From a virus: a stretch of 64,000 nucleotides of DNA. This document shows positions 1 to 8,120 of this stretch, piece after piece; within the stretch, counting starts at the first letter, position 1; each line of letters opens with the position of its first letter. The stretch spans positions 6,815-70,814 of IMG/VR virus record IMGVR_UViG_3300006802_000092. One strand, 5' to 3'. The translations under genes were made by a program, and so were the position numbers. Below the pieces are notes generated by a model. The model made no database searches. It saw only the letters and a program-made list of their open reading frames with translations, and was not told the DNA's origin.

Positions 1-707
1 ATATTACAATAGAGCAAGGCTCATCTTTTACAATTATTGATGTTTCAAGGGATGGCTCTAACCCATCTGCTATGCAGAGCGTTACGTGTGGTAGCGACTC
101 AAACGCATTATCATCAGGGTCCGATACTACCTGTTTTAGCTCTGCGGCTTGGTCTAGCTACAATCCCACGTCACATGTAACAGCAACTGGTATAACTTAC
201 ACACAATCAAATGGAAGGTTTACCTTCGCAAATGCAGGTAAGTATCTTATTTATTGCAACCTCGTGCTTAATGTATCTACTGGTACCACTTTTGCCACAA
301 AGGTTAAGAAAAATGGCTCTTCTACTGTATACACTGGAAACATTTATATTCATAATAGTTTTGATCCACAAGAGAAGACGATATGCCTCATAATAGAGGC
401 CGATGCTAGTGATTATATTGAGATCACTGCAAACCCTTCTGCTGGAAGCTCTACTTTTGATAAAGATTGTGCTATATCAATATTGAAAATTGATGAGTTT
501 GACGAAGTGTACGGCGAAATCGCTTCTGCAGATCAGATAGGAGATGACTATATTATCAATTCTTTAAATAGCGATGTCATAGGTAGACAGAAGCATAACA
601 CAATTGATAGGTCCTTGCCTTCATCGACTGTAATCCCAGGGCCCAGAAACCTAAGGGGGAGAACTACATCTTACGCCCCTTCTTTAGGTGGTAAGGTTAA
701 AAAGTAA
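1..707 (+). CDS. Virion/tail-fibre-associated protein with C1q-like beta-sandwich (5'-truncated by window edge)
   Basis: Frame of ORF 72..707 is open back to position 3. Ser/Thr-rich; NGRFTFANAGKYLI resembles the C1q/BclA-type G-x-F-T-x(3)-G-x-Y motif. Confidence 0.55.
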   Translation, partial: ITIEQGSSFTIIDVSRDGSNPSAMQSVTCGSDSNALSSGSDTTCFSSAAWSSYNPTSHVTATGITYTQSNGRFTFANAGKYLIYCNLVLNVSTGTTFATKVKKNGSSTVYTGNIYIHNSFDPQEKTICLIIEADASDYIEITANPSAGSSTFDKDCAISILKIDEFDEVYGEIASADQIGDDYIINSLNSDVIGRQKHNTIDRSLPSSTVIPGPRNLRGRTTSYAPSLGGKVKK

Positions 708-714
708 CTATTTA
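707..714 (+). promoter_or_regulatory. Candidate phage late promoter ACTATTTA
   Basis: Exact copy of the recurring motif, just upstream of SD GAGGT (719-723) and ATG 732. Confidence 0.6.
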
Positions 715-731
715 TAGTGAGGTTTCCAAAT

Positions 732-1079
732 ATGACTGACTTAAATAATATGACTAGAAAGTTTCTTCTTGGGGAGGGCGTTGTAAACTCTGTAAACCCA
801 TCTGCTCTCCTGCAAGCAATTAACGAGGCCCTTAGCTCTCTCAGACCATCGTCTAGAAGAGATGAAAATAGGATAGCAGTTGCAAAAAAACAATTGAGAG
901 AAGTTAAATTATCGTTTAGAAGGCTACAAGAGCAAGTAAACATCCTAGAGGAAAAGTTACAAGTTCTTGAAGAAGTATCTACTATGGCTGGCGGGCCTGT
1001 TGAGGGTGGTGTTTCTGGTGCTTTTGGTGACATGAGTTCTGAAAATGAAAAGGAAAAGAAGAGGTCTAAAATAAAATGA
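732..1079 (+). CDS. Hypothetical coiled-coil protein, possibly head-associated
   Basis: ORF track 717..1079; ATG 732 has an SD. Contains INE, ILEE and VLEE motifs and a Gly-rich tail. Confidence 0.6.
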   Translation: MTDLNNMTRKFLLGEGVVNSVNPSALLQAINEALSSLRPSSRRDENRIAVAKKQLREVKLSFRRLQEQVNILEEKLQVLEEVSTMAGGPVEGGVSGAFGDMSSENEKEKKRSKIK

Positions 1080-1969
1080 GCAATATTCAATCGTTAAGAA
1101 AAGTTATTAACTTTTTACTGAAAGAAAGTAAGGAACAAAGAAAGTTTCTTCTCAAAGAGGATGCAAATCCTTTGACTTCTTTTATAAGGCATTGTATCCA
1201 TGAAGTCAAGCTAGAAAATCAGAACAGGTTTATTAAAGAGGAACTAATCAGAAAATCTATTCGGTCCTTAATTAAGGAAGCAGAAGCTACCGGGGGTGCC
1301 CCAGAAGCTCCATCTGATATCACATCAATCAACTTCTTGAAGAATCTTCTAAAGAATATCGTACCGAATCTTGAGGAAGATTACAAGGAACTGACTTCTT
1401 CCAAGAAGCAGAGAATGTCTTTTAGAAAGCATATCCTAAACGCTACTGAAAACCTACTGAACAGCCTAGATGCTGACCCGGAAGCAGTTGATGCTGGTCT
1501 AGAAGAAGAAGTAACTGTAAAGATCGAAGACGACGATAAGCCTGAAGGCTTTATAGATATTTACGGCGATGAAGAGGGCAAGGTAGAAGACGAGGCAGAC
1601 GATCTCTCGCCAGAGGATGAGTTCTCTCGTGGACTAGAAGATAAAGACCTCGATAAGACTGGAAGAAATGCAGCTTTTGAATCTTTCAAAAAGGTACAAA
1701 ACCAAGTTGAGAACGAGTACTCAAAGCTTGACCCTGAGGCGAAGATTGATGGCAGAGAAGAGACTGAAAGAGAGATATTTAGAGACTATCTCTTACTTAA
1801 CCTGAAGCTTTACTTTGACAAGTTTGAAGAAGACCTTACTCCAGACCTTGAGGAACCCTCAACACCTTCTGAGGACGAATATGTAAAGGTCGGCCAGAAC
1901 AGAGCAGAAGAAGAGCCTTCAGATGAGCTTATTCCGCCTGAGGAGGGCGGTGAGGAGCCGGCCCTTTAA
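1076..1969 (+). CDS. Acidic hypothetical protein with LxE-rich N-terminus (candidate internal head/scaffold protein)
   Basis: 297-aa ORF overlapping the upstream stop. N-terminus has LLKE, LLKE, IKEE, LIKE; C-terminus is very acidic. Confidence 0.6.
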   Translation: MSNIQSLRKVINFLLKESKEQRKFLLKEDANPLTSFIRHCIHEVKLENQNRFIKEELIRKSIRSLIKEAEATGGAPEAPSDITSINFLKNLLKNIVPNLEEDYKELTSSKKQRMSFRKHILNATENLLNSLDADPEAVDAGLEEEVTVKIEDDDKPEGFIDIYGDEEGKVEDEADDLSPEDEFSRGLEDKDLDKTGRNAAFESFKKVQNQVENEYSKLDPEAKIDGREETEREIFRDYLLLNLKLYFDKFEEDLTPDLEEPSTPSEDEYVKVGQNRAEEEPSDELIPPEEGGEEPAL

Positions 1970-2334
1970 TGTCTTGGAAAAGAAGAGTTGACAAAAAGAC
2001 TAAAACAAGATACTATAGTATTATAAATAAACTAAGAAAAGAAAAGAAGATAAATAAAGAATTTGAATTAATAGTATCTAATTTAGCTTTAGAAGATCTA
2101 ATAGCTTTAAAATTAGAGCTATCTACTAGACCAGTAAGTAATAGACTATATGGTTTACCACTATGGGAAAACTTACTGAGGATAACTCAAGAAGCTGTTT
2201 TAAAATATGCTATATCTGCTACAAGATCACAAGGTGAAGCCATGAGATTTTTAGGTTTAGCAAAGTTAAACTATATGCCTTTAATCAAAAAATATGAAAT
2301 AGATTCATTCTTTAAAGAAGAGGAAACTGAGTAA
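1969..2334 (+). CDS. Putative DNA-binding protein with C-terminal Fis-like HTH
   Basis: EAVLKYAISATRSQGEAMRFLGL resembles a Fis-type helix-turn-helix; basic N-terminus. Confidence 0.5.
   Translation: MSWKRRVDKKTKTRYYSIINKLRKEKKINKEFELIVSNLALEDLIALKLELSTRPVSNRLYGLPLWENLLRITQEAVLKYAISATRSQGEAMRFLGLAKLNYMPLIKKYEIDSFFKEEETE
1988..2016 (+). promoter_or_regulatory. Sigma70-like promoter TTGACA-N17-TACTAT
   Basis: Perfect -35, 17-nt spacer, near-consensus -10; lies inside ORF 1969..2334. Confidence 0.45.
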
Positions 2335-2336
2335 GT

Positions 2337-2558
2337 ATGACAAATAGAGAAGCTTTAGTAAAATCATTGTTCTGGAGATTTGTTATTGCCATACCAGTTG
2401 CTCTGTTGTTAACATACCTTATAATAGGTCAGCTCTATAGCTCACTGATTTTAGTAGGAATTACTAATTTTGTAGGTACAATACTTTATTATTTATTTGA
2501 TATTTTATGGTTTAAATACTTAGGGGATGCTTTTGGTTTCGACAAGGTAGTGAAATAG
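2337..2558 (+). CDS. Small membrane protein (2 TM helices)
   Basis: 73-aa hydrophobic ORF; its 3' end overlaps the tmRNA 5' end. Confidence 0.55.
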   Translation: MTNREALVKSLFWRFVIAIPVALLLTYLIIGQLYSSLILVGITNFVGTILYYLFDILWFKYLGDAFGFDKVVK

Positions 2559-2873
2559 GATAGTGCAAGCAGTCATGATGACTTAAAAAATCAAACAAAC
2601 TTAGTTGCCAACAATAACAACTACGAACTCGCCTTAGCTGCTTGATCGGGAGGCTGACCAGAGCCTTCTATCCAATCTGGTCAAAAACAACAGACAAGTT
2701 GAAAAAATCAAAATGGTTACCCTACTTGTAGTAGGTGGAGCTTTTCGGCGCTGGAAGCTGGTTGATGTGTTAACGCCTATACTTGCTTGTGAGTGAAAAC
2801 AACACAAGCCAAGCTTGTGGATGACTTGACTACGTATTTGCTTTGGACTCGGGTTCGACTCCCGACATCTCCA
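2523..2873 (+). ncRNA. ssrA: tmRNA (transfer-messenger RNA)
   Basis: 5' GGGGATG pairs with 3' CATCTCC-A including the G3.U alanine identity pair. T-arm TCGGG-TTCGACT-CCCGA. Tag ORF 2607..2645 encodes ANNNNYELALAA*. Length 351 nt; CCA not encoded. Confidence 0.95.
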
Positions 2874-2915
2874 TCCTTAAAATTACTCTAAGAAACTAGA
2901 AAATAGGTCATGAGT

Positions 2916-2954
2916 ACCTCCGTAGCTTACTATTTACCAATAGAGCACGGAGGT
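2916..2954 (+). promoter_or_regulatory. RBS-sequestering hairpin containing candidate late promoter ACTATTTA (2929-2936)
   Basis: ACCTCCGT (2916-2923) is the reverse complement of ACGGAGGT (2947-2954, contains SD GGAGG); inner pairs GCT/AGC and CTATT/AATAG. Confidence 0.75.
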
Positions 2955-2961
2955 TTTGATC

Positions 2962-3309
2962 TTGACGGACAGTGTCAAAACAGATAAGTCTACCTTAAGG
3001 GGGACTTATGTAATGGAAAGGCGCGCCGAAAGAAGAGAGAATATTAAAAGAAAAATGATGGAGTTCTATAAAGAGCATCCATGTGTTGATTGTGGGGAAA
3101 CGGACCCTAGAGTTCTGGACTTCGATCACATCAACAACAAAAAGCACAATATAAGTACGCTTTTGAGAAAAGAATACTCTTGGGATTCAATTCTAAAAGA
3201 AGCTGCAAAGTGTGAAGTTAGATGTGCTAACTGTCACAGAAAGAAGACTGCTGTGGATCAAAACCATTATACCAATAGGCTCTTAAATGAATTTTTTACA
3301 AATCAGTAA
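2962..3309 (+). CDS. HNH endonuclease (free-standing, putative homing endonuclease)
   Basis: CVDC...LDFDHI...KCEVRCANCHRKK motif set. TTG 2962 is 8 nt after SD GGAGG (ORF track start 2956). Confidence 0.85.
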   Translation: MTDSVKTDKSTLRGTYVMERRAERRENIKRKMMEFYKEHPCVDCGETDPRVLDFDHINNKKHNISTLLRKEYSWDSILKEAAKCEVRCANCHRKKTAVDQNHYTNRLLNEFFTNQ

Positions 3310-3323
3310 AGGAGCACCTAAAA

Positions 3324-3497
3324 ATGAAAAAGTTTATGAACTTTCAGTTTGGATTACTGGTAGGAACTTTAATTGGTTCGGTTATATCGTCGGCAGTATG
3401 TGCCTTCGCATTTCAAGCTTTTGGTATGCAAGTGCAAGATCTTGACTTTTTACAAGATTGTCTACAAACTAAGTTAGAGGAAAAATTAGATGTATGA
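3324..3497 (+). CDS. Small membrane protein (57 aa; below ORF-track cutoff)
   Basis: SD AAGGAG upstream; MKKFMNFQFGLLVGTLIGSVISSAVCAFAF...; stop overlaps the start of the next gene. Confidence 0.6.
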   Translation: MKKFMNFQFGLLVGTLIGSVISSAVCAFAFQAFGMQVQDLDFLQDCLQTKLEEKLDV

Positions 3498-3750
3498 TAA
3501 AAGAACAATGATGGTCAAAGAAGGAACAGTCGCGTATGGCAGTTCACTTGGGTACTACAACTTTTTCTACCCTGATCAAGATAAGGAGTGTCAATTTGTT
3601 TCAGACTGTGTGGTGCACAGAAATTCTTGGATGGAGCATAATGATTTTGTGCCCGTTAAAGCTCCAAAGGGCTTTGTGAAAGGGGACGCTGTAGAGTACG
3701 AAGATTGTGTTGTAGTATGGGTATCTAGAGAAGATATAGAGAAGTATTAA
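3490..3750 (+). CDS. Hypothetical protein
   Basis: 86-aa ORF with SD GAGG; fills the gap in a co-oriented gene array. Confidence 0.6.
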   Translation: MYDKRTMMVKEGTVAYGSSLGYYNFFYPDQDKECQFVSDCVVHRNSWMEHNDFVPVKAPKGFVKGDAVEYEDCVVVWVSREDIEKY

Positions 3751-3784
3751 CTACTTACTTGTAGCTATAAAGGAAACTAATTTA

Positions 3785-5140
3785 ATGGCGAAAAGAACCT
3801 ACGTGCTTGACACGAGTGTGTGCTTGACCGATGCTGATTGCATCTTCAATTATGGAAACAATGATATTGTTTTACCTTTAAAAGTTCTAGAAGAAATTGA
3901 TAAGCATAAGAAAAGGCAAGATAGCGTAGGGATAAATGCTAGAATGATTATCCGCTCTCTTGATGAGCTAAGGGCAAAGGGATCCCTACAAAAGGGGCTC
4001 AGAATCGCTAAGGGCAAGGGCATACTAAAGGTCTCTGGTGGCGATCCAAAGTGCCTGCCAAAGGACTTAGACTTTAGAGTCCCGGACCATGAAATAATCT
4101 CTACAGCCCTAAATGAAGATACTCTCAACGGCTCAAGGAAGACTGTACTTGTAAGTCGTGATATAAACATGAGAGTCATCTGTGACTCTTTAGGTATTAT
4201 CAGTGAAGACTATACTGAAAATGAAATCATAAAGAGAGAATCAGAACTTTACAATGGATTTTCTACTATTCTTGTAGATGATCAAACAATCGATCAGTTC
4301 TACGCTGGAGATAAGATAAAGATCTCGGAAGAAGAGAATCCACGTCTGTGCCCAAATGAATTTTTAATGTTGGTGTCAAGCTCTAGCGAAAAGAAAACGG
4401 CCCTCTGCCGTTTCACGGATTACATGTTCCCACTACTACCAGTTGTTCAGTTCAAGAATGGCTTGTGGGGCGTCAGTCCAAGGAACAAGGAGCAGATGTT
4501 CGCCATAGACCTCCTTATGGATCCAGAGGTGCAGGTTGTGTCCCTAGTAGGCAAGGCTGGCTCTGGTAAGACCCTTATAGCTATTGCTGCTGGCTTAGAG
4601 CAGGTAATGGCCTCTGCTGATGTGAAGTATGGCCTCAAGGAGGCGAGTTCCAGTGATGTTACCTACAAGAGGCTTGTCGTCTCTAGGCCCGTTATGCCCA
4701 TGGGTAAGGACATAGGTTTTCTCCCTGGCACGATGGAAGAGAAGATGGCCCCTTGGCTAGCCCCAGTACAGGATAACTTGAAGTTTCTCACAGGGGATGA
4801 CCAAACAACTCTTGATGAGTACATGCAGCGCGGCATCATCGAAATGGAAGCACTAACTTACATTCGTGGTCGCTCTATTGCCAATGCCTTCATTGTCATT
4901 GACGAAGCACAGAACCTTACGGCCCACGAAGTTAAGACAATCCTGACAAGAGTCGGAGAAGGTACAAAGATTGTTTTGACTGGCGACATTGAGCAGATCG
5001 ATAATATCTATATCAACGAAATGTCTTCTGGCCTCACTCACGCCGTAGAGAAAATGAAATTCCACAGTATAACAGGACACATTACCCTCAGAAAGGGTGA
5101 GAGATCTGAGGTTGCTACATTAGCGGCTAAGGTGCTTTAG
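3785..5140 (+). CDS. phoH: PIN-domain PhoH-family ATPase (PhoH2-like)
   Basis: N-terminal PIN domain (YVLDTSV...DHEII...LVSRDINMR), Walker A GKAGSGKT, RPV...IGFLPG, RGRS, VIDEAQN, GDIEQID. ACTACTTA motif at 3750-3757. Confidence 0.92.
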   Translation: MAKRTYVLDTSVCLTDADCIFNYGNNDIVLPLKVLEEIDKHKKRQDSVGINARMIIRSLDELRAKGSLQKGLRIAKGKGILKVSGGDPKCLPKDLDFRVPDHEIISTALNEDTLNGSRKTVLVSRDINMRVICDSLGIISEDYTENEIIKRESELYNGFSTILVDDQTIDQFYAGDKIKISEEENPRLCPNEFLMLVSSSSEKKTALCRFTDYMFPLLPVVQFKNGLWGVSPRNKEQMFAIDLLMDPEVQVVSLVGKAGSGKTLIAIAAGLEQVMASADVKYGLKEASSSDVTYKRLVVSRPVMPMGKDIGFLPGTMEEKMAPWLAPVQDNLKFLTGDDQTTLDEYMQRGIIEMEALTYIRGRSIANAFIVIDEAQNLTAHEVKTILTRVGEGTKIVLTGDIEQIDNIYINEMSSGLTHAVEKMKFHSITGHITLRKGERSEVATLAAKVL

Positions 5141-5143
5141 CAA

Positions 5144-5171
5144 TTGACATTATTGAGTCTTGTGTTATATT
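5144..5171 (+). promoter_or_regulatory. Sigma70-like early promoter TTGACA-N16-TATATT with extended -10 TG
   Basis: Intergenic; perfect -35; TGnTATATT. Confidence 0.65.
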
Positions 5172-5188
5172 GTGCTTGGAGATGAGAA

Positions 5189-5389
5189 ATGAGTGACTTA
5201 AAAAACTATATCGTTGAGTATGTCGGCAGTAGGCTTGCGCCTGAAAGCGAAGAAGTAACGGCTGAGATGGTTGTCGAGGTATTAGCTAAAGAGTTTCCTG
5301 AGATTGTTCTTTTAATGGCCGAAGAGAATTGGATAAGAGGATATGAGCAGGGCCTTGAAGATCTAAAGTTTTTTGATGGTGAAGAGTAA
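5189..5389 (+). CDS. Hypothetical acidic protein
   Basis: 66-aa ORF with SD GGAG; coupled to the next gene (TAATG). Confidence 0.65.
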   Translation: MSDLKNYIVEYVGSRLAPESEEVTAEMVVEVLAKEFPEIVLLMAEENWIRGYEQGLEDLKFFDGEE

Positions 5390-6081
5390 TGTCTGATAAG
5401 ATGGCTAACTTTGTTAAGGATTCTTCCTTGAACTCAAGAAGAAATTCAAATCACCATATCTTGTTTGGTACAGTTGATATGTACATAATCAATCCTTTAC
5501 CAAAAAACGTTGATGTCCTAACTGTCATTGAGAAGGTAGAGAAAATTATTCCACCTCACATAGCTCAAAAAACAGAAGGAATATACGTTGGTAACTTCAA
5601 GGAGTTTGAAGAAAAGCAAGTTAATGCGATGTACAAGGACGGCACTATCTATATTTCTAGTGATCAAGACGACAATGATGATATGATAGATGACATTATC
5701 CACGAGTTTGCTCACGCTGCTGAAGACATATACGCAAGAGAAATCTACGGAGACAACAAGATTCAGTCTGAATTCTTAGGTAAGAGAAAGAGACTAAGAG
5801 ATACTTTAGACCAGTATGAATACCTTAGTGGGACAGATGTTTCCTTTCAAGAACTAGAGTTTACTAAAGAGCTAGATGATTTCTTGTACAATGATATTGG
5901 GTATGATAAGTTAGAAAACTTTTGTATGGGCCTATTCACAAGACCTTATGCTGTGACTAGTATCCGTGAATATTTTGCAACAGCATTTGAAGAATGCTTG
6001 CTTGGTGATGGAGAATATGTTAAGAAGTTAAGCCCCATAGCCTATGATAAGGTTATGTTGGTTTGTTCTGACGAGGTGTAA
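5389..6081 (+). CDS. Putative zinc metallopeptidase (HExxH)
   Basis: IIHEFAHAAE plus downstream REYFATAFE as candidate third ligand. Confidence 0.65.
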   Translation: MSDKMANFVKDSSLNSRRNSNHHILFGTVDMYIINPLPKNVDVLTVIEKVEKIIPPHIAQKTEGIYVGNFKEFEEKQVNAMYKDGTIYISSDQDDNDDMIDDIIHEFAHAAEDIYAREIYGDNKIQSEFLGKRKRLRDTLDQYEYLSGTDVSFQELEFTKELDDFLYNDIGYDKLENFCMGLFTRPYAVTSIREYFATAFEECLLGDGEYVKKLSPIAYDKVMLVCSDEV

Positions 6082-6082
6082 T

Positions 6083-6856
6083 TTGGCGCATATTTCGTAT
6101 TCTGAGTTAAGAAATTGGACAGAGTGTTCTTGGCGACACAAGCTGATGTACCTCGATAAGATTGAAACATTTCAGGGGACAGAGCATACGTGTTTTGGTA
6201 CTGCTGTCCACGAAACAATTGAAAACATGCTCCTGGGTAAGATACAGGAGCCTTATAAACATTTTCATGAGACATTTACAAAAGAGCTGTCTGAAATCGG
6301 AATGGAAGAAGATTCAGAACTGGCATCTCAAATGAGAGATCAAGTGAATGGTATTTTTGAAGCTGTTGTCCCTTCTCTGGATGACTACTTTAGTGACAAA
6401 GGCGGTTGGTCACTTGTGTCCACCGAAGAGCCTCTGATGGAAGCTATCACAGAAACTAAGATAAAGGACTTTAATTTTAAGGGCTTTATTGATCTTGTTC
6501 TGAAAGATGGCAAAGGTCACTACCACGTTATTGATTGGAAAACCTGCTCATGGGGGTGGAATGCACGAAAAAAGAGTGACTCTCTTGTCGTCAGGCAGTT
6601 AGTCCTTTACAAGCATTATTACTCAAAGAAGCTAGGCTTAAATCCGAGAGCAGTGTCAACACACTTTGGACTTCTTAAGAGAACTGCTAAGAAAAATAGA
6701 GTTGAGTTGTTTAGAGTCACAAGTGGAGAAAGAAAAACGAAAAATTCACTTGACTTTCTAGACATGGCGTTATATAACATAACTAATCAAAGATATCTTA
6801 AGAACAGATTATCTTGTAAATATTGTCCGTTTCATGAAACGGAGCATTGTTCCTGA
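6083..6856 (+). CDS. PD-(D/E)XK exonuclease, Cas4/AddB-like
   Basis: ISYSEL..W..C, FGTAVHE, GFIDLV, IDWKT, QL.LY, C-terminal CKYCPF...C. TTG 6083 after SD GAGGTG (ORF track start 6044). Confidence 0.85.
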   Translation: MAHISYSELRNWTECSWRHKLMYLDKIETFQGTEHTCFGTAVHETIENMLLGKIQEPYKHFHETFTKELSEIGMEEDSELASQMRDQVNGIFEAVVPSLDDYFSDKGGWSLVSTEEPLMEAITETKIKDFNFKGFIDLVLKDGKGHYHVIDWKTCSWGWNARKKSDSLVVRQLVLYKHYYSKKLGLNPRAVSTHFGLLKRTAKKNRVELFRVTSGERKTKNSLDFLDMALYNITNQRYLKNRLSCKYCPFHETEHCS

Positions 6857-6863
6857 GGTTTAG

Positions 6864-8120
6864 ATGACAAAGAAAATTAAGATCCTAACTTTATCGGATC
6901 ATCCTATGTCACCTTCCGGAGTTGGCACTCAAACAAAATATTTTATTGAGGCACTTCTGAAGACTGGCAAGTTTCAGTTTATATGTCTTGGAGGAGCGGT
7001 AAAGCATAAAGACTACACTCCACAGAAGATAGCGCCATATGAAGAAGATTGGACGGTCATACCGATTGACGGCTATGGTGATGCCCAAAAGATCAGGTCA
7101 ATCATCAGGAATGAGAAACCAGATATCCTATGGTTTATGACTGACCCACGATTTTACGAGTGGCTATGGTTTATTGAGAATGAGGTGCGCCCCATCATGC
7201 CTATGGTTTATTACCATGTGTGGGACAATCATCCAGCACCCTTTTTCAATAGGCCATTTTATTTATCAAACGACTTAATTGTCTCCATTTCAAAGGTTAC
7301 ACATGAAATTGTATCGGAAGCTGCGCCAGAAGTGGCGAACATTTACCACCCCCATGCGGTTGATCCTGCTATATTTAAGCCAGTTTCTCAGGAGGAGATA
7401 GACTCCATGAGGGAAAAGAACCTACAGGGCAATAAAGATAAGGTAGTGTTTTTCTGGAACAATAGGAACGCAAGAAGAAAGCAGAGTGGTTCTCTTGTTT
7501 TCTGGTTCAACGAGTGGGCCGAGAAGGTTGGTAGAGACAAGGTGTGCCTCATCATGCATACAGACCCGCATGATGTCCATGGACAACCCCTAGAGCACCT
7601 TATAGAGCGTCTTGGCAACGACGGTACAATCCTATTGTCAAATAAGAAAGTCCCACCAGAAATCTTAGCTAGTATGTATAACATGGTTGACTGTACTATA
7701 AATATTTCAGACGCTGAGGGGTTTGGACTAGCAACACTTGAGTCTCTTTCTTGCGGGACTCCAATCATTGTCAACATGACAGGAGGGCTGCAGGAGCAGG
7801 TGACAGATGGGGAGGACTGGTTCGGCGTAGGCATACAGCCTGCCTCTAAGGCAGTCATCGGCTCCCAGCAAGTTCCATACATCTACGAAGACAGGATTAG
7901 TAAGGAGGACTTCCATGCTGCCCTAGACCGTATCTACGAGATGTCAAGCTCTGAAAGAAAGCAGCTTGGGCTCAAGGGAAGGGAGCACGTAGAGAAAAAC
8001 TACAGTTTTGAGAAGTATTGTCAGGGCTGGGTTGATATTATGCTAGAGGCATATGAGCAGCATGGCTCTTGGGAAGAGCGCGAAGGGTATAAATCTTGGG
8101 ACTTTAGGGAGATAGTATGA
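6864..8120 (+). CDS. Glycosyltransferase, GT-B fold (GT4-like)
   Basis: NRNARRK and EGFGLATLESLSCGTPII (EX7E motif). Confidence 0.9.
   Translation: MTKKIKILTLSDHPMSPSGVGTQTKYFIEALLKTGKFQFICLGGAVKHKDYTPQKIAPYEEDWTVIPIDGYGDAQKIRSIIRNEKPDILWFMTDPRFYEWLWFIENEVRPIMPMVYYHVWDNHPAPFFNRPFYLSNDLIVSISKVTHEIVSEAAPEVANIYHPHAVDPAIFKPVSQEEIDSMREKNLQGNKDKVVFFWNNRNARRKQSGSLVFWFNEWAEKVGRDKVCLIMHTDPHDVHGQPLEHLIERLGNDGTILLSNKKVPPEILASMYNMVDCTINISDAEGFGLATLESLSCGTPIIVNMTGGLQEQVTDGEDWFGVGIQPASKAVIGSQQVPYIYEDRISKEDFHAALDRIYEMSSSERKQLGLKGREHVEKNYSFEKYCQGWVDIMLEAYEQHGSWEEREGYKSWDFREIV

Noticed and set aside
2022-2029. T4-type late promoter TATAAATA
   Set aside because: Single sense-strand copy noticed, inside an AT-rich CDS and not positioned before structural genes; the recurring motif is ACTAHTTA.
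2841-2873. Stand-alone tRNA suggested by the GGTTCGACTCCC T-arm
   Set aside because: No anticodon arm; it is the 3' tRNA-like domain of the tmRNA.
6083-6856. CRISPR-Cas system suggested by the Cas4-like gene
   Set aside because: No repeat-spacer array or other cas genes seen; solo Cas4-like nucleases are common in phages.
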